Of a stretch of DNA of 64,000 nucleotides, positions 1-8,210 are shown in pieces. How positions within the stretch are numbered: position 1 is the stretch's first letter; each line of letters begins with the position of its first letter. The stretch is from positions 281-64,280 of the forward strand of contig JALSQD010000001.1 in assembly GCA_026985615.1 (NCBI GenBank), given 5' to 3'. The notes under the pieces were generated by a model, which worked only from the letters and a program-made list of their open reading frames with translations, did not search any database and was not told where the DNA came from. Both the position numbers and the translations under genes were made by a program. This stretch comes from Thermaceae bacterium (GTDB taxonomy: Bacteria > Deinococcota > Deinococci > Deinococcales > Marinithermaceae).

Positions 1-249
1 GGCCACCGAGGGGTCAGCGGCGGCGATCTCCTCCATAACGAGCGCCCAGGTCACCGCGTCCAGCCCGGTGCCACCCCACTTCTCGGGGGTATTCATGCCC
101 AGTAGCCCGAGCTCGCCCATCTTGCGCAGCTGGGGCCAGGGGTACTCGCCGCGCCTGTCGTACTCGGGCGCTTGTGCAGCCAGTTCCTCGCGCGCGAAGC
201 GCCGCACCATCTCCAGCACCATCGTCTGTTCGTCGTTGAGGGCGATCAT
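1..249 (-). CDS. acyl-CoA dehydrogenase, N-terminal part (continues beyond window start)
   Basis: The reverse complement from ATG (249-247) reads MIALNDEQTMVLEMVRRFAREELAAQAPEYDRRGEYPWPQLRKMGELGLLGMNTPEKWGGTGLDAVTWALVMEEIAAADPSVA. This is a typical ACAD N-terminal domain. The frame is open to the window edge. Confidence 0.8.
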   Translation of the reverse strand, partial: MIALNDEQTMVLEMVRRFAREELAAQAPEYDRRGEYPWPQLRKMGELGLLGMNTPEKWGGTGLDAVTWALVMEEIAAADPSVA

Positions 250-307
250 CACCGCCAGCGTATCACGGTTTTGCAGTGTGCTGGCGAAAAGGCGTGGCGA
301 AGCGACG

Positions 308-394
308 CGGTGTGCGGTACGGGGTAGGTAGCACGTGGTGCGTGGTAATTGGTAATGGGTAAGGCTTGTGGCTCGTGGCCTGTGGCTTGTGGTG
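308..394. repeat. degenerate heptanucleotide tandem repeat array (about 13 units, GG(T/C) phased every 7 nt)
   Basis: GGT/GGC triplets start at 309, 316, 323, 337, 344, 351 and 358, then at 363, 370, 377, 384 and 391. Clear units include CGTGGTG CGTGGTA ATTGGTA ATGGGTA and TGTGGCT CGTGGCC TGTGGCT TGTGGTG. The array lies 60-145 nt upstream of the minus-strand ACAD start. Confidence 0.7.
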
Positions 395-437
395 TTTTAC
401 TTCTTTTGCGACGGTTGAAGCCCTAAGCTTAACCGCG

Positions 438-467
438 CCAAAAGAAAGCCCCCTCCTCTGGGGGGCT
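438..467 (-). terminator. terminator-like hairpin in ORF-poor region
   Basis: Stem AGCCCCC (447-453) pairs with GGGGGCT (461-467). On the minus strand the hairpin is followed by TTCTTTTGG. Confidence 0.4.
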
Positions 468-580
468 GGGGTGGGGGTTTTATGCGATGCCAAAGCCCAA
501 AAGCCGGTCGCCTGTACACGGCCGGCCCACATCCCACCCCCTACACCCTACATCCGGCATTCCAACAAACAACCCCCCAC

Positions 581-594
581 CGGCCGCTTCGCGG
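581..594. repeat. 14-nt hairpin motif CGGCCGCTTCGCGG, copy 1
   Basis: An exact second copy lies at 931-944, 350 nt away. It folds as GGCCGC-TTC-GCGGCC. Confidence 0.6.
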
Positions 595-597
595 CCA

Positions 598-620
598 CCT
601 CCCCCAAGGGGGAGGCTTTG
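598..620 (+). terminator. terminator-like hairpin
   Basis: Stem CCTCCCC / GGGGAGG with loop CAAG, followed by CTTTG. Confidence 0.35.
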
Positions 621-779
621 AAACTGACGCCTAGCGACGATAAAGCGACCACCGCACCTTAGGCTTTGGATCCCCGCTTTTGCCGGGGCAGGTCCAGCGC
701 GTGTAGGCTAAAGACTGCGTGGCCAAAACGACGAAAAAAAATGAACGAATGGACCGGCGCGGTTGCTTAAGCTGTGCTT

Positions 780-805
780 CCGATGGTGACTTCATCGGCT
801 TTTGA
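780..805 (+). terminator. terminator-like hairpin
   Basis: CCGATG (780-785) pairs with CATCGG (793-798), followed by CTTTTGA. Confidence 0.4.
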
Positions 806-857
806 CAAAAGCGCCCGCGTGAAAACCTCGTCGCCACAGAGTAAGCCTGGGTTCTAG

Positions 858-889
858 TCGCGACACCAGGTCGCGAACGGTTTTTGTTG
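858..889 (+). terminator. terminator-like hairpin
   Basis: TCGCGAC (858-864) pairs with GTCGCGA (870-876) around loop ACCAG, followed by ACGGTTTTTGTTG. Confidence 0.5.
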
Positions 890-930
890 CCCAAGCCTTT
901 CCTTGTTTGAGGAGGGGTGGAGGAGGCCTG

Positions 931-944
931 CGGCCGCTTCGCGG
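931..944. repeat. 14-nt hairpin motif CGGCCGCTTCGCGG, copy 2
   Basis: Exact repeat of 581-594. Confidence 0.6.
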
Positions 945-1015
945 TCTCCTACGGCATGGCCGGCCTCGAGGTTGCTGGCTTTTCTCGGCAAGGGGTTCGC
1001 TTTGTAACGATCCCT

Positions 1016-1041
1016 GTTAAAACCCCCGCGCTGGGCGGGGG
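1016..1041 (-). terminator. intrinsic terminator after tRNA-Leu
   Basis: CCCCCGC (1023-1029) pairs with GCGGGGG (1035-1041). On the minus strand the hairpin is followed by TTTTAAC, starting 3 nt after the tRNA CCA end. Confidence 0.7.
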
Positions 1042-1043
1042 TC

Positions 1044-1131
1044 TGGTGCCGGGAGCGGGACTCGAACCCGCACGGGGAGCACCCCCAACGGATTTTAAGT
1101 CCGTTGCGTCTACCGATTCCGCCATCCCGGC
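1044..1131 (-). tRNA. tRNA-Leu (anticodon UAA), CCA encoded
   Basis: Minus-strand sequence: GCCGGGATGGCGGAATCGGTAGACGCAACGGACTTAAAATCCGTTGGGGGTGCTCCCCGTGCGGGTTCGAGTCCCGCTCCCGGCACCA. The acceptor stem is GCCGGGA/TCCCGGC. The anticodon stem-loop is ACGGA-CTTAAAA-TCCGT. It has a long variable arm and a GGTTCGAGTCC T-loop. Confidence 0.95.
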
Positions 1132-1180
1132 CCGGCAGGCGCTTCTTCATCCTAGCCGGGCCGGGATGGGCTTGCCAAGT

Positions 1181-2782
1181 TCAGTAGCAGCCGTAGAGGT
1201 TGTTGACCACGTCGAGCATGCGATCGGCGCGCACCAGACCACTGCCGGTGTTGGGGTCGATAGCACTGAGGTCTTCGGCTGCGCTGCGCATGCAGCTAAT
1301 GATCTGGGAGGGGCCGGGAAGCGCGTTCTTCTGTGCGTAGTATTGGCTGATGTAGAGACTTGCCACGCCTGCGGCGTAAGGGGTCGCGAAGGAGGTGCCG
1401 TCGCCAAAGAGGTACGGCGGGTCCGTTGTGCTGGGGATGCTCGCGGAAAGCACGCTTACGCCCGGGGCCACTACGTCGAGCAGGGTGCCATAGTTTGAAA
1501 ACGAGGCACGGGTTTTGTCGTCGTTTATGGCACCCACGGCGATGGTGTATTGCGAGCTCGCTGGATAACCCACGAAGCTATTACCGTCGTTTCCCGAGGC
1601 AGCAAGCGAAACAATGCCGTTGTCATAAGCGTTTTGCAAGGCGGCCTCGATGGCGACGTCGGGACTGTCTGTCAGATCGGCACAGGCACCGTTGCTGTCG
1701 GTAATGCATAGACTGAGGTTGATGATATGGGCGTTGTACTGCACTGCCCAGTTAATGGCGTCGGCGATTGTGGTCGAGTAGGCGTTGGGGAAGACCTTGA
1801 GCGGCATGATATAGGCGCGGTTGCCCGTGGTTCCGGCCATGCCCTGGTTGTTGTTGGTCTCTGCGGCGATGATGCTGGCCACCATGGTTCCGTGATCGTC
1901 GCCGGGGTTCGGGTAGGGGTCGGAGTCGCTATCCGAGAAGTCGTAGCCGTTGATAACGTAGGCATCGAGGTCCACGTGATCGTAAGCGACGCCAGAATCT
2001 ACTACCGCGACGATGGGGTTGCAACTTGAGGGGCTTATGAGATCCCAGCTCTGCGAGATCTGCATGAGGTCGTACTGGGTTTGCTGGGAAGTGATGTAAT
2101 AGGTGTCGTTGGGGGTGGCGAGCAGTTTGTAGGCGTAGTTGGGCTGGACGTAACTGCCTAGCCCGGCTGCGAGAATCTGCTGCGCAAGCTCGGCTTCCTG
2201 CCCTGCGGGTACACGGTAACGCGCCCAGCCGGTAAAGGGCGCGTCGAGGGCTTGGAGGCCTAGTTCGCGCTCGAGCTCCACGACCCGCGCGCTTTGCAAG
2301 CCCACCCCACCACGATAGACGAGGAGTTCACCGGGTTTATAAGCCAGACCGTCGAAGGGGGCTATGCCCTCGGGCTCTTTCTCTGTTGTGAGGGGCTGTG
2401 CGCCCAGGCTGGCGCCGGAGGGTGCGGGACAGGCGTAGTCCAGCCCGATCACGTCGATATTTAGGCTCCTGGTGTCGCTGCCACCGCGCCCGTCGCTGAC
2501 GGTGAGGGTGGCGGTGTAGGTGCCGGCGTTATAGGTGTGCGTTTGCTCTGCGGCGTCGGTGCAGGAAAAAGTGCTCTTGGTTGAACCGTCACCGTAGTCG
2601 AGGGTGCAGGTGATAGGGTCGTCGTCGGCGTCGGTGGCCGAAGCATAGAAGGTAACCGTGAGGGGAGCTCCGCCGCTCGTGGGCGAGGCCGAGAAGTTGG
2701 TGATTACCGGGGCGGTGTTGATCCTGCACCCTGCCAGCACGAACAGGGATGCGGTCAGCAAGATTCCTATCTTCCTGAACAT
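1181..2782 (-). CDS. lipoprotein subtilisin-like serine protease (S8) with N-terminal PKD-like domain
   Basis: Lipobox LFVLAGC. PKD-like segment TVTFYASATDADDDPITCTLDYGDGS. Catalytic motifs VAVVDSGV, HGTMVASII and GTSFATPYAAG. Confidence 0.9.
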   Translation of the reverse strand: MFRKIGILLTASLFVLAGCRINTAPVITNFSASPTSGGAPLTVTFYASATDADDDPITCTLDYGDGSTKSTFSCTDAAEQTHTYNAGTYTATLTVSDGRGGSDTRSLNIDVIGLDYACPAPSGASLGAQPLTTEKEPEGIAPFDGLAYKPGELLVYRGGVGLQSARVVELERELGLQALDAPFTGWARYRVPAGQEAELAQQILAAGLGSYVQPNYAYKLLATPNDTYYITSQQTQYDLMQISQSWDLISPSSCNPIVAVVDSGVAYDHVDLDAYVINGYDFSDSDSDPYPNPGDDHGTMVASIIAAETNNNQGMAGTTGNRAYIMPLKVFPNAYSTTIADAINWAVQYNAHIINLSLCITDSNGACADLTDSPDVAIEAALQNAYDNGIVSLAASGNDGNSFVGYPASSQYTIAVGAINDDKTRASFSNYGTLLDVVAPGVSVLSASIPSTTDPPYLFGDGTSFATPYAAGVASLYISQYYAQKNALPGPSQIISCMRSAAEDLSAIDPNTGSGLVRADRMLDVVNNLYGCY

Positions 2783-2826
2783 GCTCTTACTTTAACCAGT
2801 GGAGCTGGGCTTCCGGTGAGACGATC

Positions 2827-4686
2827 TTAAGGCAGCGCGAGCGCCTCGGGCGGCACCTCGTAAGTCGGGTGGCCCGGCACGCTCACAGACGCCGAGCGCT
2901 CGGGTTCGCCGGTGTCGCAAAAGCCGTTGTCGCTGTCGTCGCGGCAGGCCTGAAGGGCGTAGACGCCGCTTGGGAGGTAGGTGGAGAAGCGGCCGTCGGC
3001 GTCGGTGCCCACCCAGCGGTCGGTGGGGCCCTGGAAGTGCACGCGGTAGGAGCCGGGAGGGAGCTCTAGCCCTAGCGCGGCGGGAAGGTTGAGCAGCCCC
3101 TGGCCGTAGAACTCGTCGCGGCCGGGTTCGCCCAGGTCGGTGCTGGCGGCTTCGAGCGCCGCGAGGGCGTCCGCTCCCGAGAGGCCGGGGTTGGCGGCCA
3201 GCAGCAGCGCCAGCGCCGCGGCCACCTGGGGGCTGGCCTGGGAGGTACCCATGTAGAAGGCATAGTTGGGTGTGTTCGTCTCGAAGTTCCAGGTCGTCGA
3301 GAGTACGCCGTCGGGGTAACCGTCGCCGTCGGTGTCCTGGGAGGTGTCGCCGCCGGGGGCGCTGAGGTCTACGGCGTCGTTGTGCTGGGTGTACCAGGTG
3401 GGCCTTGGTTCGCCCGGCGCGTTGTCCACTGCTCCCACCGAGACCGCGCCGGCGCAGCTTGCGGGATAGTAGTAGGCGGTGCCACCGGCGTTTCCCGCCG
3501 CGGCCACCACCACCGCGCCAGCGGCGGTGGCGTCGGCGACGGCCTCGCACATCGCCTCGGAGTAGAGCGTGGCGCCCAGCGAGAGGTTGATGACGCGGGC
3601 AGGGTGAGGGTTCGTGAGGGTGACGTCGTTCCACACCGTGGGCAGCCCGGCAGCGTAGCGCAGCGCCGCGGCCACGGCGCTGAACGAGCCGCTACCGTTT
3701 TCGTCGAGCACGCGCAGCGGCAGCACCTTGACCTCGGCCGGCCAGGTGAGCCCTACGAGCCCGCTTTCGCTACAGATAGGGTTGCCGCTGGCGTCATAGC
3801 ACTGGGGCGGGAGGCTGTTGCGGCCGGCGCGGGCGGTGACGATGCCGGTCACGTGGGTGCCGTGGCTGCCGTAGCCGGGGTTGTGGTTGTCGCCGGGGTC
3901 GGTAGGGTCGTCGTCGTTTTCCACGAAGTCGTATGCCCCATCGCCAGGTCCCCAGAGCCGGCCCGCGAGGTCGGGGTGGTCGTAACGGACGCCGGTATCG
4001 ATGATCGCAACGGTCACCGCCTCGGCGTAGCTTTCCAGGTGAGCCCAGCGGGCCCCCGTCTTGCGCAGGTGCCACTCGAGCGGGTAGAACTCGTCGCCGG
4101 GCTCACCCAGGGCGTGGACCTCTCCGTCGAGCTCGGCCCAGAGGACGTTCGGGTCACCCGCTAGGGCGGCCAGAAGGGCCTCGGGGTCTTCGGATTCGAT
4201 AATGCGAAGTTCGGGCCTCACCAGCGCGCTGGCGGAGGCGGGGGCGACCGCGGGTTCGGTGTAGCGAACGATGACCCGTTGGGGCGCGGACGCGGTGCCG
4301 GGCTCGGGTAGGCGCGCGGCTGGAAGGGCGGCCGTAAGGCTGGCGGGTGGGGTCTCGGTGACCTGGCCCGTTACCCGGACGAGGGGCCAGGTGAGGCGCA
4401 GGGGGCCGCTGAGGTCGCCGCTCCACTCGAGCTCGAAGTTCACCTCGGGCGCGTCGGGGGCGAGTTGGGTGTCGGCCTGGAAGACGACGCGCGCCGGTCC
4501 GACGCCCCGGGCGGGCTCGATGGTGAGCGGCGCGGGGGAGAGGGTCCAGACGGTTCCTTCGGGGAGGGGCAGATCGAGCGCGCCGTGGCCGCTGGGGTCC
4601 AGCGTGAAGGTGTCGGGGGCGTTCGGGAGGCCGTTTGAGCATGCGGCCAGCGCGAGGAGGAGGGCGGCCAGGAGGAGGCGGCGCAT
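2827..4686 (-). CDS. lipoprotein subtilisin-like serine protease (S8) with N- and C-terminal extensions
   Basis: Lipobox LLLALAAC. Catalytic motifs VAIIDTGV, HGTHVTGIV and GTSQASPQVAAA. Confidence 0.9.
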   Translation of the reverse strand: MRRLLLAALLLALAACSNGLPNAPDTFTLDPSGHGALDLPLPEGTVWTLSPAPLTIEPARGVGPARVVFQADTQLAPDAPEVNFELEWSGDLSGPLRLTWPLVRVTGQVTETPPASLTAALPAARLPEPGTASAPQRVIVRYTEPAVAPASASALVRPELRIIESEDPEALLAALAGDPNVLWAELDGEVHALGEPGDEFYPLEWHLRKTGARWAHLESYAEAVTVAIIDTGVRYDHPDLAGRLWGPGDGAYDFVENDDDPTDPGDNHNPGYGSHGTHVTGIVTARAGRNSLPPQCYDASGNPICSESGLVGLTWPAEVKVLPLRVLDENGSGSFSAVAAALRYAAGLPTVWNDVTLTNPHPARVINLSLGATLYSEAMCEAVADATAAGAVVVAAAGNAGGTAYYYPASCAGAVSVGAVDNAPGEPRPTWYTQHNDAVDLSAPGGDTSQDTDGDGYPDGVLSTTWNFETNTPNYAFYMGTSQASPQVAAALALLLAANPGLSGADALAALEAASTDLGEPGRDEFYGQGLLNLPAALGLELPPGSYRVHFQGPTDRWVGTDADGRFSTYLPSGVYALQACRDDSDNGFCDTGEPERSASVSVPGHPTYEVPPEALALP

Positions 4687-4690
4687 GGGC

Positions 4691-6910
4691 CTAGCCTACC
4701 CTCCGTTCACGCCAGCGTTCCAGTAGGAAGAAGGCGAAGGCTGCACCCCAGAGCCAGGGCGCTACCGGCACCGGCTTGCGCGCGGGCGGGGGGAGGTCGG
4801 CCGGCGCTCGCAGCACCGCGCCGCCGCTTGCGTGGGCGAGCCGGGCGAGCTTCTCGTTGCCGTCGACGAGCGGCCACTCGTTGGGGGGTGGGGTGGCGGC
4901 GGTGAAGACGGTGCGGTCGCCGCTGGCGACGCGGACGTACCCGCTGAAGTCCGGCGGCAGGCGCAGGCGGTAGGTCAACGGCGCGACCGGCTCGAGCGGC
5001 TCGATCCTGCCCCCGAACTGGGCCAGCGGCAGCGGGTCGAAGCGGCCGTAGACCCACAGCTCGAGCCCCGAGGGCGTTTGCGCCCAGTCGTAGCCCGGCC
5101 GGGCCGGCGTGCGGCTCAGCCAGCGCGCCAGCTGCGCCATCAGGCGTGCGGCGGCGGGGTCGTTTTTCCAGCTACGGCCAAGGTCGGTAGCGAGCGCGGC
5201 CACCCGCCCGGCCCCGACCTGTCCCAGGGCGAGCACCGGGTCGCCCTCCAGGGTGCGCACCACAACCTCGGCCCAGGGGCGGGCGCGGGCGGGCAGGCGT
5301 ACCTCCAGGGGCGCGAGCGCCCCCACGCCCTGGGTGACGGCATGGGGCTCCACCTGGACTGGAAAGCGCCCTTCCAGCTCGGGTGGCTGGAAGGCCTCGC
5401 GGCCCAGCAGCCGCAGGGTGGCGGGCAGGGCGGCGGGGTCGGCGAGGTCGAAGTAGCGGCCGTCGCCATCGCTGGCGAGCTGCTTTAGGAAGGTGCGATC
5501 GGCGTCGGTGCCGAGCGCCAGGGTGAGCGTGCGCACGCCCCGTTCGCGGGCGGTGCGGGCGCGGGCGAGCACCGCCTCCGGGTCGTCGCCGATGCGGCCG
5601 TCGGAGAGTACCAGGACCCAGCGTGTCGGCGTCCCCACCTTTTCCAGCGCGGCCGCTGCGGCGTCGTAGGCTGGGCCCAGGGTGGTGGCGCCCTCCGCAG
5701 CGAGCGCGGTCAGCCGCGTTTCCGCCTCGCGCCGGGCGCGGTAGGTCATGGGCCGGGGCTCGAGCAGCCAGCGGGCTTGGTCGGAAAAGGTGATCAGCCC
5801 CACAACGTCCTCGGGGCCGGCGGCGTTCACGAGCTCAAGCGCCCCCTCGACCGCGCGGTCGAGCTTGCTGGGCTGGCCCGTGGCCATCGAGCCCGAGACG
5901 TCGAGCACGAGCACCAGCGCCGCGCCCTGCTCGGGTTTGGGTTCGAGGGGGATCTTCTCCGCCAGGGCCGAGCGCTCCCAGCCGCCAAAGAAGAGGCCGG
6001 TGGGCGTGGCCGTCCACAACACCGCGCCGCCCTCGCGCAGGTAGCGCTCGAGCCTCACCCGCGCCTCGAGGTCCCACGCCTCCAGCGGGCCGCCGACCAC
6101 GAGCACCTCCGGCGCCTCCGCCAAGGCGGCGGGCGCGCCTTCCTGTACCTCCCACCCGGCGGCGCGCAGGTAACGGGCAGCGGCCGGGTCGTCGATCACC
6201 AGGGCGCGGCCGGGGCCGCCGGGCTCGATCCGTACCTCCTGAACGTCGTTGCCGATGGGGCTTTCCAGGCGCACCCGCACCGTGGTGGCACCCTCCACCG
6301 TGAAGCGGTAAGGCAGCGAGGTCTGGCCGCGGGGAAGGTCGGTTTCTACCACCTGGCGTTCCCCTTCGCGCTCGAAGACGACCCGGACGGTGGTGGGTTC
6401 GGTGGCCTCGAGCAGGGCCCGCACCTCCACCACCTCGCCCTGGGCCGGGGTCACCGGCGCGGTCAGGCGGGCGATACGGGCGTGCGGCCTGGCTGGCACG
6501 TGCAGGGTGTAGACGGGAACGGGAGCGGCGGGTTCGTCGAGCCACAGCCCGTCGGAGATGAGCACGACGCGGTCCGCGGCCGCCCTGGCGGCTGCGCGCA
6601 GGGCCGCGTCGGGCCGGGTGCGCTCGCCCAGGTCACGCCGTCGCGCTTCCGGGCGTGGCAACTGCCGGACCCGCTCGGCGAAGCCCAAGAACTGCGTGTT
6701 CGGACCCGCGAAGGCGGCCGCCTGGCGCGAGGCCTCGGGCGAGGCCGATGGGCTTTGGTCCACGAGCAACACGGTGCGCTCGAACCCCAGCGGCAGCACC
6801 GGCCCCGCCGCGCCCAGAACCAGCAGCGCCACGGCCAGGCGCGCCAGCCAGCTCCGCGCCAGCGCTGCCAGCGGCAGCGCCAGCAAGAAGGCCGGCTGTT
6901 CGAAGCCCAA
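4691..6910 (-). CDS. VWA-domain membrane protein with BatA-like N-terminus
   Basis: The N-terminus MGFEQPAFLLALPLAAL resembles the aerotolerance BatA N-terminal domain. It has the MIDAS-type motif LVLVLDVSGSM and a C-terminal hydrophobic helix WLWGAAFAFFLL. Confidence 0.8.
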   Translation of the reverse strand: MGFEQPAFLLALPLAALARSWLARLAVALLVLGAAGPVLPLGFERTVLLVDQSPSASPEASRQAAAFAGPNTQFLGFAERVRQLPRPEARRRDLGERTRPDAALRAAARAAADRVVLISDGLWLDEPAAPVPVYTLHVPARPHARIARLTAPVTPAQGEVVEVRALLEATEPTTVRVVFEREGERQVVETDLPRGQTSLPYRFTVEGATTVRVRLESPIGNDVQEVRIEPGGPGRALVIDDPAAARYLRAAGWEVQEGAPAALAEAPEVLVVGGPLEAWDLEARVRLERYLREGGAVLWTATPTGLFFGGWERSALAEKIPLEPKPEQGAALVLVLDVSGSMATGQPSKLDRAVEGALELVNAAGPEDVVGLITFSDQARWLLEPRPMTYRARREAETRLTALAAEGATTLGPAYDAAAAALEKVGTPTRWVLVLSDGRIGDDPEAVLARARTARERGVRTLTLALGTDADRTFLKQLASDGDGRYFDLADPAALPATLRLLGREAFQPPELEGRFPVQVEPHAVTQGVGALAPLEVRLPARARPWAEVVVRTLEGDPVLALGQVGAGRVAALATDLGRSWKNDPAAARLMAQLARWLSRTPARPGYDWAQTPSGLELWVYGRFDPLPLAQFGGRIEPLEPVAPLTYRLRLPPDFSGYVRVASGDRTVFTAATPPPNEWPLVDGNEKLARLAHASGGAVLRAPADLPPPARKPVPVAPWLWGAAFAFFLLERWRERRVG

Positions 6911-6913
6911 AGC

Positions 6914-8128
<1,215 letters not shown>

Positions 8129-8135
8129 GTTTTCA

Positions 8136-8141
8136 AGGGTA
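8136..8141 (-). promoter_or_regulatory. -10-like box TACCCT, 7 nt upstream of the ispG GTG (leaderless-type)
   Basis: The minus strand reads TACCCT-TGAAAAC-GTG. Confidence 0.3.
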
Positions 8142-8198
8142 ACAGGGGAGGGGATGAAGGGGGTGGGAAGCGCTCCTCCACTTCATCCTCGCGGCGCA

Positions 8199-8204
8199 TA
8201 AACT
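8199..8204 (+). promoter_or_regulatory. -10 box TAAACT, 6 nt upstream of the uvrC GTG (leaderless-type)
   Basis: Reads TAAACT-GAGGCC-GTG. There is no Shine-Dalgarno sequence between box and start. Confidence 0.45.
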
Positions 8205-8210
8205 GAGGCC

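Noticed and set aside
721-770. A tmRNA-like tag reading frame ending ...GAVA-TAA in the ORF-poor region, together with CCACCTCC-like sequence at 595-602.
   Set aside because: There is no tRNA-Ala-like acceptor/T-arm (no GGGG...5-prime end, no GGTTCGA...CCACCA 3-prime end) and no pseudoknot-rich body. The resemblance is superficial.
8141-8195. An imperfect inverted repeat, GAGGGGATGAAG...CTTCATCCTC, in the ispG/uvrC divergent region was considered as a possible SOS or LexA-type operator.
   Set aside because: The repeat is imperfect and does not resemble any LexA box consensus I know. It is more likely incidental within the two overlapping leaderless-type promoters.
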